64,000 nt of DNA from Glaucostegus cemiculus (lineage: Eukaryota): NCBI GenBank assembly GCA_976551045.1, contig CDPCPM010000007.1:7812001-7876000 (forward strand). Direction: 5' to 3'. The notes below the pieces were generated by a model. It did no database searches. It was not told the origin of the DNA and was given only the letters and a program-made list of their open reading frames with translations. Positions 1 through 12,542 of the stretch are shown piece after piece (position 1 is the first letter of the stretch; every line of letters starts with the position of its first letter). The translations under genes and the position numbers were made by a program.

Positions 1-66
1 ATCACCACATGAAAGAATCATTTCAACAAGCACTTAAAGAGGCAATGCATGAGTGTGGGCAAAAAG

Positions 67-128
67 GTTGGCATGGATATGATGGGCTGAAGGGCCATCT
101 GTTTTTTACTATTCTATGACTCTATGAA
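67..128 (+). mobile_element. CR1-type LINE/SINE 3' tail remnant
   Basis: tgggctgaagggcc...ctatgactctatga matches the CR1 3' stem-loop plus short terminal repeat seen at other CR1 ends in this window (e.g. 11272-11310). Confidence 0.6.
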
Positions 129-2504
129 ACCTGTCAGCATATTGGATCCCTCAGTAGTGAAGTGGAAGTTGGCCATTCACGCGCCCGAGGATCCGCCAAA
201 GAACAAAATTTTGGGAGAGGCCAATTGTGGAATGTCCAAAGTATTTGCCTTATGAAGGTGTTGTCCCTTAAGTAGTCAAGGGCTCTGACTGGCATTTAAA
301 TTGGAATTAGTAAACATCAGGCACACATCCATTAGCACTATGTATAGGTAACACAAATCCAGAAAAGGGAAGGTTGAAATTATTTTTTTGTACTCCAGAG
401 ATACAGGAGTGTTCTTCTGTGATCCCAATCTTACTCCACATTTCCACTATGAGTAACCACAATGCCCCTGAGCTCACCCTTCCTATGTCATGGGTTTATA
501 TGGGAACAGGAAGTAGCTCTGCCCCATTCAAGGTCCCTACTGACAACCCAAAGGTAAGGATGGCATTAAAATATCCAGTTTCTGGCCTAATTTCCAGCTC
601 CTGCAGCTCACTCCCTAGAGTTACAGATGGAATATACCAGTTCTTGTGCATTATTTTTGCTCTTTTCAATTTTCTACCCTCTTCCCATCTTCTAGCCTGA
701 AGGCATTAATTACCTCACTGGGGTCTTTCCAAATGGCCATTATTCATTTATGAGCTTGGGAACTATGTGTCAACAGTGAATGAAGGAATCACAGCTGAGC
801 TTGATCTTGTGTCCCCCGGTGCCCACACACACACACACAGACATCCAGCACGGGGTCATTTTATAGCAATCCAGAGTGGGTTAGGACTATACCTTTTTAT
901 AGTTTATGAAACAACAAAGAGCATTTTGTTTTGGGGAAGAGAGAAGAGTCAGTCAATAAACTACCCACATCATTTAATTAATCAACACCAAATCAAATAG
1001 AAGGCAACAGTTAAATCCAACATAGTGTCTATAATTTCCTCTGATCTATGCAAGCTCACAATGTCTTTTTAATTGTAATTAATTTCACCTATTTTTTTTT
1101 AAATTTTGAATCTAAGATCCATTTCCAGTTTATTATTTTTAATTTCATAACCTAAAAGATTGTGAGCTTTTGCTCTAATATGGACCATGATTTCATAACC
1201 TTCCATGTATAATACAATGCATGAATGTATGTACCATACTGCATGCACATCACTTGATTATGAGAATCAGAAACCTCTATCACACATGCGGGGAGATGCA
1301 GAATCCTCTCGTTTTGAAAGCAGATCCCAAAGCCTTTATTGTTGCACATAATTCACATGGGGCAGCTTCCAGGGTAAAATCCAATTACAGTGCAGCCCTT
1401 TGATTTTTTTATTACAGACATAAACTATGTATTACTGGGTAGCTGTTCCTGCTACATCCATGTAGGATTTTTCAAATGCAATCTTTTTTGAAATGGTGGA
1501 ACTCGGGTAATTAAAGGACTTGGCGAATGCTTTCTTTTTTAAAAAAATGCTCATACCTTGAAAAAATGTAAAAATTGTACATTCTTGTGACTCCTAATTC
1601 TCCCACAGGGACAGCTGAGGCACCTTCAAATGCATGAATTTATTTTCTTGCAACAGATTTGGCTCTGCATCAGGTCTCTTAAATTGTAGCACAGTTTTCA
1701 GAAACAGAATAATGAAAAAGGAATTAGAATTGTAAACAGGAAACAATTTCTAACTAAACCATAAATTTGTTCAGGAGCAGTCACCTTTAATAGTCGTAAT
1801 AACATTACCTCATAACTTAAGCATGTGAACACCACAATGAATAACTTGTCATTAAAATGTTTGTTCACAGTCATGGGGCTTGGTGCGATGCCCACACAGA
1901 ATTCTACGGAATAAATTCCAGTTTATATTCCTTGTGCAATGGTACAGTTGCTGTTGCAGAGTAAAAAAAGTCACTTTATTTTCCCAGAGGGGTATAAAAG
2001 TTTGAAAAGAAATTCCTGGTTAACATGCTGTGACTCCGGTTTGAATACAGTCAATGGCATTTAATCACACTCCAACAAACAGAATAATCCATTTCATTCC
2101 ATAGTGGCTTGGAAATGAAGATCAGATGGTCATTGTAGATAAAAAGAATGTTAATAATCCCTGGTGGGTGACCAGTTGATGCAGAGGATTGATCTTAGAA
2201 GCAGAGGGGTTGTTATTTGTCAAGTCATTTTAAGTCGTTACTGTATATTTTCTGGGAGAAGGTTTCTCTGTGCAAGTAGAGTATGGTATGTGGCAGGGAA
2301 AAATTAAAAAGATTGTGTATTCATTTAGCTACAGATCTATCACATGAAGTGTGAGCTGTTGGCATGATACCTTTACCAAAATATTGCACCTAAAATTGTA
2401 AAGCTAAAATATTATTTTTCAGTGTGGAAAATAACTATGATGAGCTGACAGGATAATTTATCTGTTACCAACAACTCAATATCAGCTTAAATGAGAGAGG
2501 AGAG

Positions 2505-2612
2505 AGAATTGATATCTTTTGTATCTTGGGTTGTCTGAAAGTGCTTCATAGCTGTTGAAGTGTGCTCACTGTTACAATGCAGGAGAGGGCAGCCAAATTG
2601 TGAACAAAAAGG
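2505..2612 (-). mobile_element. Decayed DeuSINE-like (SacSINE1/AmnSINE1-type) fragment
   Basis: aaagtgcttcatagc...gaagtgtgctcactgttacaatgcagga...gcagccaaattgtg resembles the reverse complement of the Deu-SINE 3' region as recalled; similar to copies at 31045 and 40870. Confidence 0.45.
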
Positions 2613-2625
2613 TTGTATCTAGAGC

Positions 2626-3640
2626 ATTGGTATTAGTATTGGTTTATTATTGTCACTTGTACTGAGGTACAGTGAAAAAACTTGCCTTGCATACCGTTTA
2701 TACAGATCAATTTGTAACAGTGCATTGAGGTAGTACAGGGTAAAAACAATAACAGACTAGAGAGTAAGGTGTCACAGCTATAGAGGAAGTGCACTGCAGG
2801 TAAATAATAAAGTGCAAGGTCATAACATGGTGGATTGTGAGGCCAAGAATCCATCTCATCGTATGAGGGAACCGTTCAATTGTCTTATCACAGTGGGATA
2901 GAAGCTGTCCTTGAACCTGGTGGTATGTGCCCTCAGGCTCCTGTATCTTCTGCCTGATGGGAGAGGAGAGAAGAGAGAATGACAAAGGTGGATGGGCTCT
3001 TTGATTACGTTGGCTGCCTCACCAATGCAGAAGAGGTATAGACAGAGTCCATGAATGGGAAGTTGGTTTCCGTGAAGCCCTGGGCTGTGCCCACAACTCT
3101 CTGCAGTTTCTTGTGGTCCTGGGCAGAGCAGCTGTGATGCATCCAGATAGGATGCTTTCTATGGTGCATTGATACAATTTGGTGAGTGTCAAAGGGGATA
3201 TGCCAAATTTCTTTAGCCTCCTGAAGGAGCAGAGGTGCTGATGAACTTTCTTGGCCGTGGCGTCTATGTTGTTTAACCAGTAAAGGCTACTGGTGATGTT
3301 CACTTTTAGGAGCTTGAAGCTCTCAACCCTCTCGACCTCAGCACCATTGATGTAGACAGGTGTATGTACACCACCCCCTTTCCTGAAGTCATGACCAGCT
3401 CTTTTGTTTTGCTGACATTGAGGGAAAGGTTGTTGTTATGATACCATGTCACTAAACTCTCTATCTCATTCCTGTACTCCAACTCATTGTTATTTGAGAT
3501 ATGACCCACTACAGTGGTATCATCTGCAAACTTGTAGATGGAGTTAGAGCAGAATTAGGCCACATAGTCATGAGTATATAGGGAATAGAGTAGAGAGCTG
3601 AGGACACAGCCTAGTGGGGCACCAGTGTTGAGAATAACAA
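2626..3640 (-). mobile_element. Rex1/Babar-type LINE, 5'-truncated, decayed RT C-terminus and 3' UTR
   Basis: Minus-strand reading gives NTGAPLGCVLSSLLYSLYTHD, KFADDTTVVGHISNNNELEYRNEIESLVTW..NNLSLNVSKTKEL and RRLKKFG..TIESILSGCITA, with frameshifts; short-repeat 3' tail near 2626. Confidence 0.85.
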
Positions 3641-3645
3641 TAAGT

Positions 3646-3985
3646 GATACAGTTGTGCACCTAGTAGAGCTGCTGCCTCACAGATCCTGCAACATGGGTT
3701 TAATTCTGACTTCTGGTGCTGTCTGTGTGGAGTTTGCACATTCTCCCTACGAATGCATAGGTTTTCCCTGGGTGCTCTAGTTGCCTCCACTGCCCAATGA
3801 TGTGTGAGTTGATAGCTAACTTGGCTACTGTAAATTGCCCCAAGTGTGCAGAATCTCTGGGGAATTGATGGGAGTGTGGGGAGAAGCGGATATAGGGAAA
3901 ATTGTGGGAAATGGGATTTCTCTGTGAGCTGCATGGATTCAATGCGCTGAAGTGGCTTCTTGTGTCATCAAGAATATGGAAATAT
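3646..3985 (+). mobile_element. tRNA-derived V-SINE (HE1-like), older copy
   Basis: Degenerate A/B-box head (gctgctgcctcacag...gggtttaattc), V-domain tgtgtggagtttgcacattctccc...gggtgctc, then tgtaaattgcccc and a LINE-like tail. Confidence 0.75.
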
Positions 3986-4429
3986 GCAGATGTCCCTTGA
4001 TTCAGGGGATCTGGGCAGAGTTACAACGGTTCTCTATTGCCGTCCAATTGACACAGGTGGGCTATCACTTGTGAGTGGCTTGGTACCAAAGAAAGAGTCT
4101 GATCGTGTGAAAGGTTGATCCATCTGGGAGTGATTTGCTCCATGTTTCTGGAGTTGAGAGTGGTCCTATCATCTATTCCAGATTGCTGTCATGGAGTTAA
4201 TGCTGGCTTCTTTGGTTCATGGACCAGGAGGGAGGTTCTGAAGGGAAGCAGGAAATTGTGGGAGGGACTGGGGGACGTTCTGCTGTTCCTCTTCTTGCTT
4301 AGCTTCTGACAAATCTGATTTCACCTTCCCTTGACTGCAATGTTTCCCAAGGGTCCAGGATCCTGGCCAGTCAGTGTTATACCTGGATGCCTGAGGCACA
4401 GCCTCATTATAAGTACAGTGGTGTGGGGC

Positions 4430-4960
4430 TGAGGAGAGAATTAGTCTGAGGTTGCTCTCTTTGGACTGAAGGAGACTAAGAAGGGATTTTATTTTTTATT
4501 TGTGTTGGGGGAATGGGAATGCTTCATTTTCTCAGCAGATTGGACAATAATTAGGTGGTATAGATTTAAGATAATTAAATGGATTTAAAGGAGAAAACAA
4601 AAAATGCTTTTCACTTAGCAAGTAGTTAGGATCCCGAATGCACTGCCTGCACTTTAAAACTGATTCGTGCGGGGCTAGCTTTGATGTCAGAGCCTTGGTT
4701 ACATGACAAACATGGGCAGGAGTAGCACGTATGCCCCTTTGAGCCTCCTCTGCCAATCACAAAGGTCATTACTGAGCTCCTATCTCAATTCCACTTGCCC
4801 AACTGCCCCCCGATCCACTACCTACAGAGGCGGAAAACCCTCACCACATTTAGAAGGTACCTGATGACTACTTAAAGATCCAAGGATTAATCTTTGGTTC
4901 AGTTTTGACCAGCAAGGATACAATGGGCCAAATGGCCTCATTCTACACAATAAAATTCTG
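4430..4960. mobile_element. Cluster of heavily decayed CR1 3' fragments on both strands
   Basis: ctctttggactgaaggagactaagaagggattt (SLE.RRLR.D-like) and tail atgggccaaatggcctc on +; inverted tail near 4700-4815. Confidence 0.5.
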
Positions 4961-6054
4961 TGAATTTAGTCTTCAGCCTGGGAGTGAATTGATTTTTTGT
5001 TTTACCTTATGCAACACTTCCTTGAAAACAGAACATAGGCAGTTTATAGGTAGAGGGGTGTGGTTTGAGATCTTAAAACTTTTGGTCTCCCATTCAGCCC
5101 CAACCCTCAGATGCTCAGCAGTTAAAGTTGCTCTGACTGATTGTGTAAGCTTGCTCCAATATTTAAAATTTTGATTCATGCAGGTCCTGCCTTAGATTCA
5201 TGGCAGATACGGACAGCAGTAGAATAGATCTCCCCTTGACTCTCCTCTTCCATTCGGAATGATTAGCTCCATTTTCCCAGCTGCCCTGGATCCCTTGACT
5301 CCCTTTGCACCATGACTTTCAAACAATAAACCCAGGTTAGAAAGTTTCCAGTCAGGAGAAACCTCTTCTCCGAATCTATCCTGTCAACCCTTCGAGAAGT
5401 ACGTTTCAATGGTGTTTGGAAATTCAGTAAGTTACCTCTTTTTCACATTCACTCAAGGGAAAATTGATTTCTTACCAGGGTAATGCATGATACTGGCATC
5501 ACTGGCATTTTCTGTAGTCTGTTTCCACTACCTGCAGCTCTAGGCTTGTGATCACCTTTGTGCACTGAATCACAACCCCTATCATTCTGGTCTCAATTCC
5601 CTTCCCAACACTGCCAAGTTCCACCTGCAATGCCTGAATGCAGTGCTGGTTCATTTCCATCCCCAGGAACTGATTGCCACCACCCTGCTCCCAGTCCCCA
5701 CCCCACTGATGCATTACTGCTGTTCACACTCAAGCCCAAGCTTGGGGAAAGAGGAACCCAATGGGTGCAATTGAGTCTCTGGCCTTCCTAATTGCTTTTG
5801 GTACCTGCTTGATAGCATTATAACTCATGTAACTGGATTCCTCTGTATACCAGCATTTACTCAAGTGAATTATCAAAGATTATCCAACATATGTCCCCAC
5901 AGTGTACTTCAGTACTCAATTGCTTACCCAATTATTTAACACGCCCATATGCCTTTTCATGTTTTCTGTGTCCTCCGCACATCTTTTTATACCTAGTTTT
6001 ATACTGTCAGGAAGCATGGATGTTCTTTACAAATAATGTGGCTGTTAATACCAA

Positions 6055-6163
6055 TTCGAAATCTGAAATGAACACTGACAATGTTGTAAACACTCAGCGA
6101 GTCAGGCAGCATTTGTGCAGAGAGAAATTGAGTTAGCACTTCTGGTCAATGACCTTTCATCAG
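6055..6163 (-). mobile_element. Penelope-like element terminal repeat fragment
   Basis: cactcagcgagtcaggcagcatttgtgcagagagaaattgagttagcac...gacctttcatcag; the same repeat is joined to Penelope endonuclease-end sequence at 34447-34975 and 58198. Confidence 0.6.
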
Positions 6164-6965
6164 AGCAGTTAAAATACATTTCCTTTTGGATAAAGTATTA
6201 AAAACAAGATGTGCCTGGTTATGTAATGTAGTGGATTAGAACATCATGTTTTCCCTATGGGATCTTAGTTTAAAATCATCTTAGAATAATAGGAGGAAAA
6301 TTCTTGATTCCGCTGACTCTTAAGGCTTTTTTGGAACATTATCTTGTATTTTCTGTGCTAAATTTCCCACTGGATACAAGTCCACAATGTAAACAAGTGA
6401 ATAATTCAGAATCCAGTAAGATGCTGAAGACATAAGGAAGAAAAAGAAATTGGAAAGTATGGTCCCATCAGTGTTAGTGCAGGGAATGTATGAGGTTGGA
6501 ATTAAAGAATGAGGCATTCTACCAGATTTAAGTTTCATCTAACTTGTGCTAAAACTAAGCAAGGAGTGAGTTGCTATGACTTTGAGTTTAGGAAGGAAAC
6601 CACTTTCCATGCTCTTACAGAATCGGTCTGAAGAGACATTGGAGCAGTGGGACCCTCACTGGTAAGGGCTAACTATTTAAAAGGCTTGTGGGTTTCGTGT
6701 GTTCTCGCGGGCTTTTTTGTTCTTGCAGAATTAAGAAGGGCTAATAAAAAGGAAGTTGTGTCAAGCGGAGCAGCCATTTTGGAGTGGCCATTGTTGGAGT
6801 GGACAGAATCAGCGTGAGTGGTTTTGGCACAACAGGCATCGGCATCAAGAGCCGGAGGCCATCTGCAATAGCACTGGTGAGTAGCTGGTAAGTAAAGGTA
6901 AGGTTTACTGCTATTGTTATAACTTTTAAGTAGACTACAGCTAGGTAAGAAAAAAAATAGTTCAG

Positions 6966-7920
6966 ATGGAGGGCATAGCAATGTGCTACAGCTGCATGAT
7001 GTGGGAGCTATTGGACCCTGCTGCGGTGCACGGTGACCACATCTGCACTAAGTGCTTGAGGCTGGAGGAACTTTGGCTCAGAACTGATGAGCTGGAGTCA
7101 CAGCCTCAAACACTGCGAAGCGTCAGGGAGGGAGAGAGTTATGCAGATGTTGTGCATCGGGAGGCAGTCACCCCCTTTAGAGCAGAGACTTCTAGGGTTC
7201 AGGAGGCTGATAGTTGGGTGACTATCAGAGGAGAGAAAGAGAAAGGGAACAGGCAGACAGTGCAGAGGACCCCTGAGGCTGTTCCTCTCAAAAACAGGTA
7301 TTCCTCATTGGATGCTATTGAGGGGGATGACCTACGGGGATCGAGTGGTGGTAGGCAGGTCTCTAGCACCGGGACTGGTCCTGCTGCTCAGAACGGAAGG
7401 GAGGGAAAGAGGAGGGCAATAGTGATAGGGGACTTGATAGTCAGGGGAGCAGACAGGAGGTTCTGTGGACATGAATGAGAATCCCTGCTAGTATGTTGCC
7501 TCCCAGATGCAGGGTCTAGGATGTCTCTGATTGGGTCCACAGCATTCCATGTGGGAGGGAAAGTGGCCAGAAGTCGTGGTCCATGTTGGTACCAATGACA
7601 AAGGTAGAAAGAGGGATGACGTCCTGTAAAGTGAGTTTAGGGAGCTAGCCAGAAGGCTGAAGAACAGGAACTCAAGGGTAGCAATCTCAGGATTGCTGCC
7701 AGTGCCATGTGATAGTGAAGGTAAGAACAAGAGGAGATGGCAGATGAATGCGTGGCTGAGGAGTTGGTGCAGGGGGCAAGGTTTTAGACTTTTGGATCAT
7801 TGGGATCTCTTCTGGGGAAGATGGGACCTGCACAGATTGGATGGGTTACACCTGAACTCGAGGGGGACCAATATCCTTGCAGGCAGGTTTGCTAGTATGG
7901 CCTGGGAGGGTTTAAACTAG
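6966..7920 (+). pseudogene. CR1 ORF1: CxxC...CxxC Zn finger, coiled coil and SGNH/GDSL esterase domain, disrupted
   Basis: CYSC..ICTKC, RAIVIGDLIVRG (GDS block), VHVGTND and DGLHLNSRG; premature TGA at 7476-7478 and frameshifts. Confidence 0.88.
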
Positions 7921-8046
7921 TTTGAAAGGGGGATGGGAACCGGAGGGATAGGTCAGTGGAAGAAGGGCATGGAGTAAAGCCAGATCTAACATATAGAGAG
8001 GATTTGAGGAAGGAGAAGCAGAGTATAGAGTATAAAAGTAGTAGGA

Positions 8047-10821
8047 TGGATGGGCTAAAGTGTATTTATTTAAATGCAAGAAGCATCAGAAATAAGGGTA
8101 ATGAACTGAGAGCTTGGATAAATACAGGGAACTATGATGTTATGGCTGTTGCAGAGACTTGGCTGTCACCAGGGCAGGAATGGATACTAAATATTCCCAG
8201 ATTTCAGTGATAGGGAGGGGGCGGGAGAAGAGGAGGAGGGGTGACGTTACTGGTCAGTGATACTATTACAGCTGCAGCTGGTGGATAATGTAGCAAGAGC
8301 CTCGCTAGAGTCAGTAAGGGTGGAAGTTAGGAACAGGAAAGGAACAGTTACTCTACTCGGAGTATTCTATAGGCCCCCTGGGGTCTGAGGGATACTGAAG
8401 AAAAGATCGCGAGGCAGATTTTGGAAAGCTGCAAAAGTAACAGGGTTGTTATCATGGGAGACTTCAACTTCTGAAATATTGATCGGCACCTGCTTAGTAC
8501 CAAAGGTTTAGATGGGGCAGAGTTTGTTAAGTGTGTCCAGGACAGATTCCTGTCACAGTATGTTGATAGGCCGACTGGAGGGAATGCCATATTAGATCTA
8601 GTATTTGGTAATGAACCGGGTCAGGTGACAGATCTCCCAGTGGGTGAGCATTTGGAGGACAGTGACCACCACTTCCTAATATTTAGCATTGTGATGGACA
8701 AGGATAGGAGCAAAGATGACAGGAAAATATTTAATTGGGGAAGAACAAATTATGAGGCTATAAGGCTAGAACTTGCGAGTGTGAACTGAGATGACATTTT
8801 TGAAGGGAAATGTACTATGGAGATGTGGTCATTGTTTGGGGCTCTCTTGAAGGATGTTAGGGATAAATTTGTCCAGGTGAGGCAGAGAAAGAATGGCAGG
8901 GTGAAGGAACCATGGTTGACAAGAGACATGGAACATCTAGTTAGGAGAAAGAAGGCAGCATAGATAAGGTTTAGGCAGCGAGGATCAGATAGGTCTCGAG
9001 GAATATAGGGTAGCAAGATAAGAACTTAAGGAGCTGAGGAGAGCAAGAAGGGGACATGAAAAGGCCTTGGCAAAATGGGTTAAGGAAAACGCCAAGGCAT
9101 TTTTCACTTATGTGAAGAGCAGAAGGATGACAGGAGTAAAGGTAGGACCGATTAGGGATAAAGGTGTGAAGGTGTGCTTGGAAGCTGTGGAAGTGGGTGA
9201 GGTCCTCAATGAATACTTCTTTTCAGTATTCACCAAGGAGTGGGGACTTGATGACACTGAGGACAGTGTTGGTAAGGGTAATGGTCTGGAGCATGTTGAT
9301 ATCAAGAGAGAGGATGTATTGGAGCTGTCTGAAAATATTAGGACAGATAAGTCCCTGGGGCCTGACAGAATATTCCCCAGGCTGCTCCACAAGGTGGGAG
9401 AAGAGATTACTGAGACTTTGGCTAGGATCTTTGAGTTCTCATTGTCCATTCTCATTGTACCAGAGGATTAGAGGGTGACAAATTTTGTCCCCTTATTCAA
9501 AAAAGGTGGTAGGAATAGTCCAGGGAATTATAGACCAGTGAGCCTTGTGTCTGTGGTGGGCAAGCTGTTGGGAAGGATTCTTAGAGATAAGATCTATGGG
9601 CATTTAGAGAATCATGGTTTGATCAGGGACAGCCAGCATAGCTTTGTGAAGGGCAGGTCATGTCTCACAAGCCTGGTAGTTTTCTTTGAGGAGGTTACCA
9701 GACAGATTGATGAGGGTAGAGCAGAAGATGTGGTCTACATGGATTTTAGTAAGGCATTTGACAAGGTTCCACATGGTAGGCTTCTTCAGAAAGTCAGAGG
9801 GCATGGGATCCAGAGAAGCTTGGCCATGTGGATTCAGATTTGGCTTGCTTGTAGAAAGCAGAGGGTTGTGGTGGAGGGAGTGCATTCAAATTGGAGGGCT
9901 GTGACTAGCGGTATCCCACAAGGATTGGTTCTGGGACCTCTGCTTTTTGTGATTTTTTTATTAATGACTTAGATGAGGGGGGTAGAAGGGTGGGTTGTCA
10001 AGTTTGCAGATGACACAAAGGATGGTGGTGTTGTAGATAGTGTAGAGGATTGTCAAAGATTGCAGAGGGACATTGATAGGATGCAGAGCTGGGCTGAGAA
10101 GTGGCAGATGGAGTTCAATCCAGAGAAGTGTGAGGTGGTACACTTAGGAAGGACAAACTCCAAGGCAGAGTACAAAGTTAATGGCAGGATTCTGGGTAAT
10201 GTGGAGGAGCAGAGGGATCTGGGGGTTCATATCCACAGATCCTTGAAAGTTGCCTCACAGGTGGATAGGGTGGTTAAAAAAGCTTGTGGGGTGTTAGCTC
10301 TTATAACTCAAGGGATTGAGTTTAAGAGCAGCAAGGTAATGATGTAGCTCTGTAAAACTCTGGTTAGACCACACTTAGAGTACTGTGTACAGTTCTGTTT
10401 GCCTCATAAGAAGGATGTAGAAGTGTTGGAAAGGGTGCAGAGGAGATTTACCTGGTTTAGAGAGTATGCACTATGAGGAGAGACTAAGGGAGCTAGGGCT
10501 TTACTCTTTGGAGAGGAGGAGGATGAGAGGAGACAATGATAGATGTGTACAAAATATTAAGAGGAATAGATGGAGTGGACAGACAGCACCTCCTTCCCAG
10601 GGCACCAATGCTCAATATAAGAGCACATGGATTTAAAATAATGGGTCAGAAGTTCAAGGGAGATATCAAAGGAAGGTTTTTTTACCCAGAGAGTGGTTGG
10701 GACATGGACTGTGCTGCCTGGGGCAGTGGTGGAGGCAGGTACATTGGTCAAATTCAAGAGATTACTAGATAAACACATGGAGGAATTTAAAATAGAGGGA
10801 TATATGGGAGCAAAAGGTTAG
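8047..10821 (+). pseudogene. CR1 ORF2: APE endonuclease and reverse transcriptase, disrupted
   Basis: LKCIYLNARSIRNK, VAETWL, MGDFNF, SDH, NYRPVSL, DFSKAFDKVPH, SGIPQGLVLGPLLF, KFADDTK; ends FKRLLDKHMEEFKIEGYMGAKG* with TAG at 10819-10821; multiple stops and frameshifts. Confidence 0.93.
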
Positions 10822-10823
10822 AT

Positions 10824-11231
10824 TGTCACAATGTTGATTGAAGAGCAAGCTCACAGAGAACCCAAATGTGGCAGACTGGTACAAGACTGAAGTCAGGATA
10901 CTTCGTCAGGACCAAACATAGGCAGCAACTGGAAGGAATCTCACCTCAGAGATCTGAGTAGTAATCCCAACACAAACTGAATCTTCACACAGGACTAGAG
11001 AACGCAGGACTGCTCTAGAGTAGACCACTCTAAGCAGCAAGGAGCCAAAGTATACACAAAGGTTGACCAATACTCTGGCAGCTAGTGCTAGAGAAACCCA
11101 GGTACTTATGCTAGGGCCCTGATGGGGCTCAGGTGTGTGTCATTGTGCAATCAGTCCAGCATGGAATCCATGTGCTGTACAATGAGGCATCTAAGGAACC
11201 AAATCAAGGGCCAGTACTCAGAATCATGACA
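10824..11231. mobile_element. Solo LTR-like insertion (Gypsy/BEL-type), 408 bp
   Basis: Starts TGTCA and ends TGACA (inverted termini); flanked by exact 5-bp duplication TAGAT at 10819-10823 and 11232-11236; CR1 sequence resumes after it. Confidence 0.85.
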
Positions 11232-12542
11232 TAGATAGTCTTAGGCGTGGTTTAAAGGTTGGCACAACATTGTGGGCCGAAGGGCCTGTATTGTGCTGTA
11301 CTGTTCTATGTTTTGGTTTTGATATCATTTTGGTGAGGATAAAATGTTTGTGCTGAACTTACTACATCTGCAGCCCTCTATTTCCTCTGGCTCTCTGACT
11401 CTGTGCTCCCATGTATTCATTGGATTCCTGCCAAACTTGCAATGGAGTTACAGTGGTGCAGGAGCAGAGTGTCAGGTATATTTATACCTTTAAGGTATCT
11501 CACCAATAGGGCCTGAAACCTACTTGAAGCTATTCCATATTGTCACCTTGTCTTCGCCCAAGTGAAGTGTGGAGAAAGTATTATTCAAACAGGTTGTAGG
11601 GCATCCAGTCTATAATGATGTTGGAGCAGGAGGAAATTCCAGCCGTATAAATTATTCTTGTTAGGATACAAATTAATCATTATTACAATGGAAGTAACTT
11701 ACCATTAATCTACTTGTCATAAGCATAGTACAGTTTGGTATTATTTATATCCTGCTGCACGAAGTTTAAGTAACCTTGTTTAAAAAAAAATAAATGCTGG
11801 TTTACTTGCTGGATAATGAATGCATTAGCAGAGTAATGCACTCTTAAATATGTTCATCATAATCCAGCTCAGCATTGACACATTACTATATTAGATGCTG
11901 AATGTTGATTTATCCAGGAAGCTGTATCATCCTTTTGGTGACTCAGTGTACCTGAATATTCAATTAACTGTTCTAATTATCAAGAGAATATTTGAGATCC
12001 AAAATAAGCAGTTGACAGCAGGAGGGCAGATAGGTGCTTCCACTTTGTCAGCTCCACTCAGCTCATGTTTAATTTATGCTCGGGAAGGAACAATCCAGGC
12101 ATCGACATTGGGGCAGCCAAAAACCACTTTGGTCTCGGTTTGCCATTTGTACCTGTTGAGTGCTGTACATCATCCATGTTCTTTCAAAATGGGAAAAATG
12201 GTGCTTGTACGAACTCCACAAAAAAGAAGAAATTAAGGCCAAAAATGAAATGTGTCCCCACAATACTCTAGGAGCCTCTGTGAAGGTTAATGACTCTGTA
12301 CATCATAGTGATTGAGTGAAATAGCTAAAAAATACCGAAGGACATAAATTGGTCCAAGTTTATATTTTTCTTTAGCTGGAACACCATTTTGTATGCAACA
12401 TAACTTGGGTTTAGCAATACTGATTAAGTATGTTTTGTTATTTGCTGAAGGCATGACATTAGAATTTTAATTTGTAACTCTTGGGATCTCATAGGCGTCA
12501 AGATATTGTTAACTGAGTTTTGAAACAATTGTCACTCTTGTA

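Larger units (their letters stand above)
6630..11313 (+). mobile_element. Near full-length CR1 LINE (inactive), interrupted by an LTR-like insertion
   Basis: Collinear 5' UTR, ORF1, ORF2 and 3' tail (ggcacaacattgtgggccgaagggcctgtattgtgctgtactgttctatg). The 5' boundary is approximate. Confidence 0.93.

Noticed and set aside
9067-10772. Long RT-like ORFs as a functional gene or a novel retron-like system
   Set aside because: They are frameshifted pieces of one CR1 ORF2 with in-frame stops.
10885-10915. CTGACGA hammerhead-like core inside the solo LTR (minus strand)
   Set aside because: No GAAA follows the putative stem II.
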